Assembly: GCA_030698385.1 (NCBI GenBank)
Contig: JAUYLZ010000008.1
Coordinates: 1,430 to 65,429 of the forward strand
Direction of reading: 5' to 3'
DNA from: a bacterium
GTDB taxonomy: Bacteria; Patescibacteriota; Patescibacteriia; Patescibacteriales; XYC2-FULL-47-12
Length of the DNA stretch: 64,000 nt
The notes beneath the pieces were generated by a model, which did not search any database, had not been told where the DNA came from, and saw only the letters and a program-made list of their open reading frames with translations. The stretch's first letter is position 1. Every line of letters begins with the position of its first letter. Shown here piece after piece: positions 9,537 to 19,584 of the stretch. The position numbers were made by a program, and so were the translations under genes.

Positions 9537-10832
9537 TTACTTGCCAATATTCCACTCGCGCAGCTTTTCAATTACTTTTTGATTCAGCAAGTTATAACTA
9601 AGATAATGTTTGTACTCCGGCGTTTCGGCTTTTTTCTTCCACTCCGGATTATCGGCGTAAACTTCCAGCTGTTTATCCAGCGCTTTTTGCGTCTCTGCTT
9701 CACTGATCTTTATCTCTTCAATTTTCACAATCTGAGAAATGGCGAGCGCTGTCTTGACTCTTTTTTCCGCATCCGGCGCCAAATCATGCTCCAGATCTTC
9801 CGGCGTCTTTTTGATATGCATCAGATAATCGCCAAAATTACCGCCTTGCTGTTCAACATTGTGTTTGAGCTCATCAAGCATATTATGAATCTCGGAATGA
9901 ATCATTGTTTCGGGAACATGGCTAAAAATGGTTTTGTTTAGAATTTTTTCAAAAATTTCCAAAACTGCCTTCTGATCGGCCTTCTGCTCTTTTTCCTGTT
10001 TAAGATTTAATTTAATTTGCTCTTTGAGGACCGCTAAATCTTTCATACCCAAAATCTTGGCCAGGTCATCATTTATTTCCGGCAATTCGCGCTCATAGAT
10101 CTCATTAATATCAACTTTGAACTCAACCATTTTGCCTGCCAAATTTTTCTGATAATGGTCGGCGGGATACTCGAGCTTAAACTCTCGGCTTTCATTTTTT
10201 TTCGCGCCCAGCAACTTTTTGTCAAAACCCGGTATTATATAATTAGCGCCCACAAGAATTGCCGTTTCCTTGCTCTGCCCGCCCTCAACCGGCACATTAT
10301 CCAAATACATGGCGATATTAACAACTACCTTGTCGCCGTCTTGCACAGAGGCATTGCCAGTTTTGATTGCTTCTTTAGCGCGCATTTGCCTTAGGTCATT
10401 TAGAACTTTGTCCGCTTCTTCGTCTTTTACCTCAATACTGTTTTTTTTAATCTTTAAATCCTTATAACTGCCCAGCGTTATTTCCGGCATCAGCGGCACG
10501 ATTATTTTGTACTCCAGCGGGTTATCGGCGGCGAGCTTGGTCACGCGCACCTGCGGCTGGCCGACGATTTTTTCGTCTTTGGTTTGTTCTTGCAAAGCTT
10601 TGTCAGCGGTCTTGCGAATAGCTCTATCCGCGGCCTCTTGCGCCAGATGCATGGCGCCGACTTGCTTCTTTACGATTTCATATGGCGCGTATCCGGGGCG
10701 AAAACCTTCAATTTTTAAATCCTCGGATATTTTTTTGGCCGCTTGTTCCAGATACGGCTTTAATTCTTCAATTGACAATTCAACCGTTATTTCGATTTCC
10801 TTGCCTTCGTTGTTGTTTTTATTAATATTCAT
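9537..10832 (-). CDS. tig: Trigger factor
   Basis: Has the GFRPGYAP ribosome-binding motif, a central FKBP-like region and typical length. Confidence 0.9.
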   Translation of the reverse strand: MNINKNNNEGKEIEITVELSIEELKPYLEQAAKKISEDLKIEGFRPGYAPYEIVKKQVGAMHLAQEAADRAIRKTADKALQEQTKDEKIVGQPQVRVTKLAADNPLEYKIIVPLMPEITLGSYKDLKIKKNSIEVKDEEADKVLNDLRQMRAKEAIKTGNASVQDGDKVVVNIAMYLDNVPVEGGQSKETAILVGANYIIPGFDKKLLGAKKNESREFKLEYPADHYQKNLAGKMVEFKVDINEIYERELPEINDDLAKILGMKDLAVLKEQIKLNLKQEKEQKADQKAVLEIFEKILNKTIFSHVPETMIHSEIHNMLDELKHNVEQQGGNFGDYLMHIKKTPEDLEHDLAPDAEKRVKTALAISQIVKIEEIKISEAETQKALDKQLEVYADNPEWKKKAETPEYKHYLSYNLLNQKVIEKLREWNIGK

Positions 10833-11026
10833 GTTTTTTCATTTAACTTATTAGTTTAATTGTTAACGCGTTAAAAAGCTCCTGAACTATACTCACAGAC
10901 TTCAACACCATAGTGACAACACTTCATATGACTTAATTCCTCTCTGATTTACTTTTAACGCCCATGCGTTAGGTGATAGGTAAAAAGAACTTTTTTTAAT
11001 AACTAATTACTGATTATTAAATTTTT

Positions 11027-13036
11027 TTAAACTAACAGGCTCACAATCAATAGCGCCACTATATTCACAATCTTAATCATTGGATTAATCGCCGGACCGG
11101 CCGTGTCTTTGTAGGGATCGCCCACCGTATCGCCGGTAACGGCCGCTTTGTGCGCGTCCGAGCCCTTGCCGCCGAAGTGGCCTTCTTCAATGTATTTCTT
11201 CGCATTATCCCAGGCGCCGCCGCCAGAAGTCATAGAAATAGCAACAAAGATGCCAGTCACAATCGTACCAATCAATAAGCCGCCCAGCGCTTCAACACCA
11301 AGACCAAAACCAATGATAATCGGCGCGAGCAATGGAATCAACGCCGGAATAATCATTTCATGAATAGCTGACTTAGTCACAATATCAACTGTTTTTCCAT
11401 AATCCGGTTTTTCCGTGCCGGCCATAATGCCGGGCTTGGCCTTGAACTGCGCGCGTACTTCTTCTACTACCGAACCGGCCGCCTTACCAACCGCTTGCAT
11501 GCAAAGCGCCGCGAAATAAAAGGGCAGTAATCCGCCGATAAATAAACCGACTAATACTTTTGGATCGCTAAGATCAAAAGCAATAGCAGCGTCGCTAATA
11601 GAGTGGGTAAAATCAGCGAATAAAACCAACGCCGCCAGCGCCGCTGAAGCAATGGCATAGCCTTTTGTAACCGCTTTAGTAGTATTTCCCACCGCGTCCA
11701 GCGGATCAGTAATATCGCGAATTTCTGATGGCAACTCGGCCATTTCGGCGATGCCGCCGGCGTTATCGGTGATTGGACCGTAAGAATCAATGGTAACAAT
11801 TATACCCGCCATTGAAAGCATGGCCATTGCCGCAATCGCGACGCCATAAAGCCCGGCCAAGCTAAAGGATGCCAGAATCGCCAAGGCAATAACAATCACC
11901 GGCCAAGCGGTTGATTTCATTGATACTGCCAAACCGGCAATAATGTTTGTGCCATGCCCGGTCCTTGAGGCTTCGGCAATTTGTTTAACCGGACTAAACT
12001 TAGTAGAGGTATAATATTCGGTAATCATAACCATCGCCGCCGTAACAATAACGCCGACTACCGCCGCCAGATAAATACTAATTGTTTCATACGCCCCATT
12101 ACCTTTTAACATCATATCAGTCAACGGATAAAAACCAATCAAAGCAAGTATTGCCGCGGCGCCCAAACCTTTGTACAACGCGGCCATGATATTTTTGTCT
12201 GAACCAAGTTTGATAAAAAATGTGCCGATGATTGAAGCAATTATTGATACCGCGCCCAGCGCTAACGGATAGATAACCACATTGTGAAAATCAGGAAAAA
12301 GCAGTTCGCCCAAAAGCATGGTTGCGATCAGAGTGACAACATAAGTTTCAAACAGATCCGCGGCCATGCCGGCGCAGTCACCAACGTTGTCACCAACATT
12401 GTCGGCAATCACCGCCGGATTGCGCGGATCATCTTCCGGAATTCCAGCCTCTACTTTTCCGACCAGATCAGCGCCGACATCAGCGGCTTTGGTAAAAATA
12501 CCGCCGCCCAAACGGGCAAATATTGATATTAATGAACCGCCGAATCCAAGTCCAATCAGCGCGGAAACATCTTTGGTAAGATAATAAAAAGAAGCTACGC
12601 CAAGCAGAGCCAGTCCGGCAACCAGCATGCCGGTAACTGAGCCTCCCTGCACCGCTACTTGCAACGCGCGCGACATGCCTTTTTTGGCCGCTTCAGCGGT
12701 ACGCACATTGGCGCGCACGGAAACATTCATGCCAATATAGCCGGTGGCGCCGGATAATATGGCGCCAACTAAAAAAGCGAACGCTGTCGGCCAACCCAAA
12801 ACATCCGACTTTCCAGCTACTACCGGCGCCAAACCGATCACAAAAAATAACACTATCGCGACTACGGCAATAGTTTTGTACTGCCTGTTCAAATAAGCTT
12901 TCGCCCCTTCTTGAATGGCTTTGGCGATTTCTTGCATCTTTTCATTGCCGGCCGGCAAACTCATAATCTGCTTAATCAGCCAAAGACCGTAGATAATGGC
13001 GAGCAACGCGCTGCCAAAAATGAGATACTCTATCAT
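11027..13036 (-). CDS. hppA: Membrane-bound ion-translocating pyrophosphatase
   Basis: About 16 TM helices and the [18 protein letters not shown] signature. Confidence 0.95.
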   Translation of the reverse strand: MIEYLIFGSALLAIIYGLWLIKQIMSLPAGNEKMQEIAKAIQEGAKAYLNRQYKTIAVVAIVLFFVIGLAPVVAGKSDVLGWPTAFAFLVGAILSGATGYIGMNVSVRANVRTAEAAKKGMSRALQVAVQGGSVTGMLVAGLALLGVASFYYLTKDVSALIGLGFGGSLISIFARLGGGIFTKAADVGADLVGKVEAGIPEDDPRNPAVIADNVGDNVGDCAGMAADLFETYVVTLIATMLLGELLFPDFHNVVIYPLALGAVSIIASIIGTFFIKLGSDKNIMAALYKGLGAAAILALIGFYPLTDMMLKGNGAYETISIYLAAVVGVIVTAAMVMITEYYTSTKFSPVKQIAEASRTGHGTNIIAGLAVSMKSTAWPVIVIALAILASFSLAGLYGVAIAAMAMLSMAGIIVTIDSYGPITDNAGGIAEMAELPSEIRDITDPLDAVGNTTKAVTKGYAIASAALAALVLFADFTHSISDAAIAFDLSDPKVLVGLFIGGLLPFYFAALCMQAVGKAAGSVVEEVRAQFKAKPGIMAGTEKPDYGKTVDIVTKSAIHEMIIPALIPLLAPIIIGFGLGVEALGGLLIGTIVTGIFVAISMTSGGGAWDNAKKYIEEGHFGGKGSDAHKAAVTGDTVGDPYKDTAGPAINPMIKIVNIVALLIVSLLV

Positions 13037-13102
13037 ATTTTTTAAATAATTAATTAACTTGGTTTATAATTTTAGATAATTAATATAAAGTATATTATTT
13101 TT

Positions 13103-14647
13103 TTATTTTTCTTCTGTTATTTTGGCTTCAGAATCTTCGGCCTTTTCTTCGCCTGCTTCAACGCTCTCAACAGCTTCTTTTACTTCTTTTTTGGCAGCTT
13201 TTTTGGCAGTCGATTTTTTTGCTTTTTTACTTTTTACTTCCTCGCTTTTTACTTCTTTTATCTCTGTCTGTGAATCTTCACTGCTCAAATTTTTTTCATC
13301 TGTCTGGACTTCACCACCGCTATCTTCAGAGCTTTTCGCGGATTCATCATTTTTTTCAGAATCATCCGGTTTTGGCGATACTGATTCTTTGACATCAATT
13401 CTCCAACCGGTCAAACGAGCGGCTAAACGAACATTCTGCCCCCCTTTACCGATAGCCAATGACAGCTGATCAGCTGATACCCTTGCCACGGCAGTCTTTT
13501 TTGCTTCGTCAATTTCCACATGAACGCTTTTGGCCGGAGCCAAAGCATTCGCCACATAGACAGCCAAATCCTCAGAATATTCAATAATATCAACTTTTTC
13601 GCCGCTAAGTTCGGAAATAATCGTCTGAATCCGAGCGCCGCGCTGGCCAACACAAGAGCCGATTGGGTCAACATTTTCTTCATTAGCCACCACAGCAATT
13701 TTTGAACGAGAACCGGCTTCGCGCGCGACTGACTTAATATCTATCAAGCCATTGGTAATTTCGGGAATTTCTACGAAAAATATCTTGCGCACAATTTCCG
13801 GGCTGGTGCGGGAAAGGATTATCTCCGGACCCTTGGCGGTAATATTGACTGACTCAACGTAAATTTTTATGCGCTGTCCGGTTTGATACTGCTCGCCCGG
13901 AACTTGCCCATCCGGCGGGATAACACCGGCCACACGTCCTAAATCAACCAAAACAATCCTACCCTCGCGCCGCTGAACCACGCCAGTGATTACTTCATGC
14001 TCTTTGTCTTTAAATTCATTATATAAATTATTGCGCTCTATTTCACGCACGCGCTGAATAATTACCTGCTTGGCGGTCTGCGCGGCCATACGGCCGTAGC
14101 CATCGGGAATTTTTAAATCGGTCACAATTACATCGTCTATTTTGTACTTTTTCTTTAACGCCTGCGCGTCAGAGAGCTGAATTTCCGTACGCGGATTAAA
14201 GCGGCGTTTTTCTTCCTCGCCCGCCTCGCCATCAGCTTGAGCTGGCTTGCCTTCCTCAACGCCTTTTTTTGTCTCCTTTTTCTTATCCTCAGAGTCTTCC
14301 TCTACTATTTTCTTTGCTTCTTCTTTTTTCAATTTTTTCTTTTTTTCCTGTCTGTCATCTGTCTTAACGCCATATGCGCCGGCTTTTTCTTCCCCGCTTT
14401 TTTCCACTTCGGCCATTTCTTCCAAAAGCTCTGCCGGCAAATCCTCAACCACGGTTTTTTCATCATAAAACTTAGCCTCACCCGTATCAATATCAAATTT
14501 TGCCTTGATATTTTGATTTTTTTCACCATAATCCTTACGGTAGGCGGCCGCCAACGCAGATTCAATTGTTTCGATCACGTCATCTAAAGAAATGCCTTTT
14601 TCCTCGCAAAGCGCTCTAGCGGCGGCAGAAATTTCATTTTGAGCCAT
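13103..14647 (-). CDS. nusA: Transcription termination/antitermination factor NusA with low-complexity insertions
   Basis: Contains the N-terminal domain, an S1 domain (VITGVVQRREGRIVLVDLG) and KH1/KH2 domains (GQNVRLAARLTGWRIDVK). It also has an E/K-rich insert of about 90 aa and a charged C-terminal tail. Confidence 0.9.
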   Translation of the reverse strand: MAQNEISAAARALCEEKGISLDDVIETIESALAAAYRKDYGEKNQNIKAKFDIDTGEAKFYDEKTVVEDLPAELLEEMAEVEKSGEEKAGAYGVKTDDRQEKKKKLKKEEAKKIVEEDSEDKKKETKKGVEEGKPAQADGEAGEEEKRRFNPRTEIQLSDAQALKKKYKIDDVIVTDLKIPDGYGRMAAQTAKQVIIQRVREIERNNLYNEFKDKEHEVITGVVQRREGRIVLVDLGRVAGVIPPDGQVPGEQYQTGQRIKIYVESVNITAKGPEIILSRTSPEIVRKIFFVEIPEITNGLIDIKSVAREAGSRSKIAVVANEENVDPIGSCVGQRGARIQTIISELSGEKVDIIEYSEDLAVYVANALAPAKSVHVEIDEAKKTAVARVSADQLSLAIGKGGQNVRLAARLTGWRIDVKESVSPKPDDSEKNDESAKSSEDSGGEVQTDEKNLSSEDSQTEIKEVKSEEVKSKKAKKSTAKKAAKKEVKEAVESVEAGEEKAEDSEAKITEEK

Positions 14648-14820
14648 ATAGATAATTTTAATTAAATAATATTATATAAAAATGTTATTTTCAAAAAAAT
14701 AAGCCCGTTGTATTAACAACCAGCTTTCACCATAACTATCAATTACTAATATATTATCATATTTATAAAAAAAGTCAAATTATTTCAAAATACATTATAT
14801 TTGTCTAAACCCGCAAAAGG

Positions 14821-14849
14821 TTGACAATTTTCGAAAAATTTGCTAAAAA
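14821..14849 (+). promoter_or_regulatory. Promoter of the three-gene operon (TTGACA-17-TGcTAAAAA)
   Basis: Reads ttgaca attttcgaaaaatt tgc taaaaa, with an extended -10 TG. Confidence 0.55.
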
Positions 14850-14855
14850 TAATAC

Positions 14856-14876
14856 ATTCAAATACTATATTTGAAT
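14856..14876. promoter_or_regulatory. Perfect 9-3-9 palindrome, operator-like
   Basis: attcaaata-cta-tatttgaat, starting 7 nt after the -10. Confidence 0.55.
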
Positions 14877-14949
14877 TTTATAATAAAAGAAATACAGCAC
14901 TTTAACAATCAAATAAAAGACAAAACAGCACAAAAAAAGGAGAGAAAAC

Positions 14950-16176
14950 ATGAATACACAAGTAATGGAAACGCCGCAAACACCAAATCGACTGAGACAG
15001 ACAATAATAGAATGCAAGCTGAATGAAAATGTATTTGAACTTCCCTTAGACTACAAACTAAGGCCAAAGGTCAAAAAAATACTGATTGAAGTGTTAAAAT
15101 TTGCCATTGCGCCAGAAACCAGCGCGGACTTCCCCCGTCTTTTCCAGATACGCCGATATATTGAAAAAGAGCTGGGATACAGCCCGTCTTACATCTCACA
15201 GCTAAGAGATGCTCAGATTATTAAACAGATAGACAAAAACACTTGGGAGTTTTCTGCGGACTTCTTAAGGAAAATCTGCGGCACCAACGATTCAATGACC
15301 GTTAACGCGGCAACTGACATAATCGAAACGGAGAAAATAATGATTAACTCAGAAAACAAAACGATAATTGATAAGCTCAAACAAAAAATTGAAAGCCAAG
15401 ACTTTGGTTTTCTTGCTGGTATTCAGTTGGGCAATAAAGAACGTCAATCGCTGATTGCCGCCCTTGAGCTCGCTTGTCTACCAGAAAACGCCGGCGTATT
15501 TCCGGAGTTGCCGGGGTTAAAAAACTATGTGGTCAAAGAACGCAAGTTCAACTCCGGCTATTTAACCAAACTCAAATACAAGTGCATATTGGTGCATTGT
15601 GCTACTGGACGCTGGGCGTTGTCGCAAGGATTTTTGGAGCTGGTTGAGGGAAAAGAAACCACCATAACAACGACTCCGGCTAAAAAAAAAGTAAACACGG
15701 AGTTGAATGAAACAGAAGAAAAACTCTATAGATTCATCCGCAGCGAAACCGTTGGCGATGAACTGCTGTTTGCGCTTGACCTAAATCAGCGCTCGCAAGA
15801 AGTAACCGGACTGAATGGAATAAAAGCGGTAGAACGCGCTCTGGAAAGTGTGGAAAAAAAGGGTTTTATCAATATAAAATCCACCGATTCTACGGACACA
15901 CTGCTGATTTCTTTCTCCGGCCAGACTGAAAAAAAGACAAAAAAACGGACAGGGGCTTTAAAAATGGAAAAAAAATCACCGTCAGAAACGCCAAAGGTAG
16001 AGGTTGGTTTAGACATTACTCTTAACGACTTAATAACCATGCGACAAAAGGAAATTGACAGACTAGCTGAAGAAAAAAAACGACTACAAAACCAAATGAA
16101 ATCAATCGAAAAAGAAATATTAATGAACAAAAAAGCAATATCTAATATCCAAAATCTCAGTAAAAACGCTCTCTAA
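14950..16176 (+). CDS. Hypothetical protein: three winged-helix-like repeats plus a C-terminal coiled coil
   Basis: An internal duplication aligns aa ~41-112 with ~162-233 at about 29% ungapped identity. A third wHTH-like segment covers aa ~255-325. The last ~60 aa are heptad-rich (EIDRLAEEKKRLQNQMKSIEKEI). The SD aaaaaggagag lies upstream. Confidence 0.7.
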   Translation: MNTQVMETPQTPNRLRQTIIECKLNENVFELPLDYKLRPKVKKILIEVLKFAIAPETSADFPRLFQIRRYIEKELGYSPSYISQLRDAQIIKQIDKNTWEFSADFLRKICGTNDSMTVNAATDIIETEKIMINSENKTIIDKLKQKIESQDFGFLAGIQLGNKERQSLIAALELACLPENAGVFPELPGLKNYVVKERKFNSGYLTKLKYKCILVHCATGRWALSQGFLELVEGKETTITTTPAKKKVNTELNETEEKLYRFIRSETVGDELLFALDLNQRSQEVTGLNGIKAVERALESVEKKGFINIKSTDSTDTLLISFSGQTEKKTKKRTGALKMEKKSPSETPKVEVGLDITLNDLITMRQKEIDRLAEEKKRLQNQMKSIEKEILMNKKAISNIQNLSKNAL

Positions 16177-16193
16177 GAAAGGGGTGACTGCAA

Positions 16194-16724
16194 ATGTTTA
16201 ACGAAGAACTGGCTAAACAACAAGTGGCCGAGTGCTTAAAACGCTATTGCCAAAGAGAAAACATTGGCATAACATTTGCCGCCGAAAAATTAGAACTTCC
16301 CTTCACAAGCTTTCGGCGCTGGTGTATTGGCGAATCAGTCCCGCACAATGAAAATCGGAAAAAAATTATTGAGCTGTTTCCAGAACTGGAGCAGGTATTT
16401 GCTGATGATGCCGGCGAGATTGGCAAAACCATCAGCATGATCAAAAACGAATTAGCAACCAATGTAGAGTTGCCAAGATCATCTAGCAATGAAATAGAAT
16501 GCGCGATAAACATCGCTTTGGTCAAAAAAGACGTTCTGTCGCTTTCTCATATTCTGGCATGGTTCATCTATCAAGCCGATACGCGGGAACGTCAGCAATT
16601 GCGAGATGTACTGGGAGAAGACTGGCAAACATTTCACAAGCATGTTCGCGCTCTAGTGTCGGAAAAGGCCAGAGACAAAAGTTTTGAAGACGGTGATATC
16701 CCCGCTTTAAAAGGAGGCTTTTAA
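16194..16724 (+). CDS. Hypothetical small HTH-like protein
   Basis: The N-terminal ITFAAEKLELPFTSFRRWCIGESVP resembles an XRE/terminase-type HTH. An SD is present, and the stop overlaps the next start (TAATG). Confidence 0.6.
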   Translation: MFNEELAKQQVAECLKRYCQRENIGITFAAEKLELPFTSFRRWCIGESVPHNENRKKIIELFPELEQVFADDAGEIGKTISMIKNELATNVELPRSSSNEIECAINIALVKKDVLSLSHILAWFIYQADTRERQQLRDVLGEDWQTFHKHVRALVSEKARDKSFEDGDIPALKGGF

Positions 16725-18256
16725 TGGTAAGTCAAATTGAAATAAAATTCCACATGGGCAACGTAGTAAAATATATTTCTCAAATATACTCCAAACCAAC
16801 TGCTACGCCGCGCGAATGCGTGCAAAACGCGCTGGATAAATTCGCTCAAAAAATTATTATTATCATTGATCATGTAAAAAAAAGACTAACCATTTATGAC
16901 GACGGAAATGGAGCTAGCGAGGTTGAAATGAGACGCAAATTCGAAAATATCGGATTAAGTCTCAAAATTGATGACGATGATCTGGCAGGAAAAAAAGGCA
17001 TCGGAAACCTGGCGGCAATTTCAATAGCTAAAAGGTGGGTATTAATTAGCCGGGATCATACAAATAAAAATGACCCATTTAAAAAATACGTACTTGACCG
17101 TAAGGAGCTTGAGAAAAGCTCTAATATTGAAATTAATGCCAGTTTGTTGGAAGAAAAATATATCACTCGCGATTTGGATTTCAAACCAACCTCAATGGTT
17201 ATGGCGGATGGCGTAGATGAAAATGTTTTAAAGAATTTAACTATTGAGGCGATTGAAGAAGAAATTCTGGATTCTTTTCACCAGCAGCTAAAGTCAAGAA
17301 AAGTGGAGGTAAAAATAGTATCCATCAAGCAAATAAAAAATGGGAAAAATAAAGTTGATGAAAAAATTCTGCTGCCGGCAAAATTTCGCGGTTCACGTAT
17401 GGATCCTGTAACTATACAAACTAAGTACGGCGAGATAAAGTTCGGCTTTTACTTTTCTTCAGAACCCCTCAAAAAACCATTGATTCTGATTGAGCATAAA
17501 AAAAACTATTCATTGCCATTTCGAAAGTTATTTGACAACAAACAGCTTGATGAAAAAATTTACGATATTTTCAAACAAGGTTTGTTTGAAGGCACAATAG
17601 CTCTGCCCTTCTGCGCGTTAAACGCGGATAGAGATGGTTTTGAATGGAACGATGAACTCGGCGCTTTTATTGATTCGGTAAGAATCGTCTTTGAACAAGC
17701 GCTCAAACCGCTGGTTGATCAATTTGAAGAAGAAAAAAGGGAGGAAAAATATAAACAAATCACCAAATCAATTCACAAAAAAATGTCAGATTTGTTTAAA
17801 AGTAATCCAAACCTGATTCCTGACAATTTGCGTGCTTTGGTTAAAAGAATGAACGGCATTACCGCACAACAGGCGGCCAAAACAAAAACTATACCAAAAA
17901 CATTGCTTAATGATCAATTAAAAAAATCACGACAAAAGTCTTCGGAAACAAAATCGCGCGAAAAACGCACGGGCAATATCGGCATAGATTATGTAATGCC
18001 TAATGCTGAAGAAGGATTGAAATGGCACTCCAAATTTGAAGAAGGCTGTATCAAGGTAAACTGTTTCAATGACAGCTTCATTCAGGCAGAAAGAATGGGA
18101 ATGACACAATTAACGAACTACGTCTTTTTGTTAGTACAAAAAGAATTTACCTGCGCGGTTGTGCGCAATGATCCAAACAGATCTTTTTCGGAAATATTTG
18201 AAAAAGTATTCATGTCTTATTGGGGCGCAAACTTAGTAAGACCAAACAAAGCGTAG
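16724..18256 (+). CDS. GHKL (Bergerat-fold) ATPase, MutL/MORC-like, with an uncharacterised C-terminal ~300 aa
   Basis: Has the N box E31-CVQ-N35-AL-D38, the G1 box D59-D-G-N-G63 and the G2 box G89-KK-G-I-G94. Confidence 0.75.
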   Translation: MVSQIEIKFHMGNVVKYISQIYSKPTATPRECVQNALDKFAQKIIIIIDHVKKRLTIYDDGNGASEVEMRRKFENIGLSLKIDDDDLAGKKGIGNLAAISIAKRWVLISRDHTNKNDPFKKYVLDRKELEKSSNIEINASLLEEKYITRDLDFKPTSMVMADGVDENVLKNLTIEAIEEEILDSFHQQLKSRKVEVKIVSIKQIKNGKNKVDEKILLPAKFRGSRMDPVTIQTKYGEIKFGFYFSSEPLKKPLILIEHKKNYSLPFRKLFDNKQLDEKIYDIFKQGLFEGTIALPFCALNADRDGFEWNDELGAFIDSVRIVFEQALKPLVDQFEEEKREEKYKQITKSIHKKMSDLFKSNPNLIPDNLRALVKRMNGITAQQAAKTKTIPKTLLNDQLKKSRQKSSETKSREKRTGNIGIDYVMPNAEEGLKWHSKFEEGCIKVNCFNDSFIQAERMGMTQLTNYVFLLVQKEFTCAVVRNDPNRSFSEIFEKVFMSYWGANLVRPNKA

Positions 18257-18267
18257 CTATGCGACAT

Positions 18268-18297
18268 ATCGGAGAATTTATTTCTCCGATTTTTTTT
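18268..18297 (+). terminator. Intrinsic terminator of the three-gene operon
   Basis: Stem atcggagaa/ttctccgat followed by T7. Confidence 0.7.
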
Positions 18298-18348
18298 ATT
18301 TTTATGCTATAATATGAGCAGTAATTTATTTATTTATTTTAAAAAAAT

Positions 18349-19500
18349 ATGAAAAAGAAATTTTTCATCGCCTCAATGATTGTTGCCATGCTATTGCCGG
18401 CCGCCGCGTACGCTTTTGATGTCAAATCAGGCTCCAATGTCTATATTGGCGCTGATGAAATTATTAATGGCAATCTCTACGCCGGCGCTTCAAGCATTTT
18501 AATCGACGGCCGCGTTACCGGCGATATATTCTGCGGCGCCTCTTCAGTTACCATCAATGGCACGGTTGACGGCGATGTCTTCTGCGGCGCCTCGTCTCTG
18601 GTCATAAACGGCACGGTTGGCGGCAGTGTGCGCTCCGCGACTTCGGAATTATCAATAAATGGAAGAGTTGAACGCAGCGTGCTGGCCGGCTCATCAAACA
18701 TCAGTGTTGGTCCGGACGCGACAATCGGCTGGAGCGTTACCGGCGCGGCGGCCACCATGACCGTCAGCGGTTCAGTGGGCGGCGACATACTTTTCGCCGG
18801 CGCCAACCTGATGATTAATAATAGCGTTGGCGGCGAAGTAGCTTTCTACAGCGACAATAAGTCTGACAAACCTAGTAAAAACGGCCCGGGCATTGAAATT
18901 TTGCCAAACACCAATATCACCGGCGATCTTAGCTATCCGGAAAATATCACTGCCAATATTTCGGAAACCGCGGTAATTGGCGGCAAGGTAAGCAAGCTGG
19001 CGGCGCACCAAAAAAACAAAGGCAACCTCATTGCTGCCGGCTTTGGCTCATATCTATTTTTCAAACTTATTTTTATCCTGAGCATGCTCGTGATCGGCTT
19101 AGTATTGGTTAGTCTGTTTTCGAAAAAAACGCTTGGCATTACCAATGTAATGATCAAAGAACCGGGCGCCTCAATCGGCTGGGGAGCGTTAACATTTTTT
19201 GTGGTACCGGTTATCGCGATTTTTCTGGCCTTTACCTTTATCGGCATCCCGCTGGCTTTTTTGCTCGCGGTTTCGTATCTGCTAATGCTGTGCTTTGCCA
19301 AACTCATGGCCGCAATCGCTGTCGGCCGCTACTTGATGAAAAAAATGGACAATAAGTCGCTCTACTGGGCAATGATTGCCGGCATCGTTATTTCCTACAT
19401 TATCTTTGCCATTCCGCTATTTGGCTGGTTGCTGGGCGTAGTCGCGCTCTGGTGGAGTTTGGGCGGAATTGTGAAGTACTGCAACGCGGAACGAAAATAG
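18349..19500 (+). CDS. Secreted, membrane-anchored protein with bactofilin-like beta-helical repeats
   Basis: Has a signal peptide, repeated GDIFCGASSVTINGTVDGDVFCGASSLVINGTVGGSV units and about 4 C-terminal TM helices. Confidence 0.5.
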   Translation: MKKKFFIASMIVAMLLPAAAYAFDVKSGSNVYIGADEIINGNLYAGASSILIDGRVTGDIFCGASSVTINGTVDGDVFCGASSLVINGTVGGSVRSATSELSINGRVERSVLAGSSNISVGPDATIGWSVTGAAATMTVSGSVGGDILFAGANLMINNSVGGEVAFYSDNKSDKPSKNGPGIEILPNTNITGDLSYPENITANISETAVIGGKVSKLAAHQKNKGNLIAAGFGSYLFFKLIFILSMLVIGLVLVSLFSKKTLGITNVMIKEPGASIGWGALTFFVVPVIAIFLAFTFIGIPLAFLLAVSYLLMLCFAKLMAAIAVGRYLMKKMDNKSLYWAMIAGIVISYIIFAIPLFGWLLGVVALWWSLGGIVKYCNAERK

Positions 19501-19584
19501 TTCAGAAAAATAAAAGAATATGCTATAATAAAAACGGCCTCAACTGAGGTCGTTTTAATATAATAAAAATCAACTGATTAAAAA

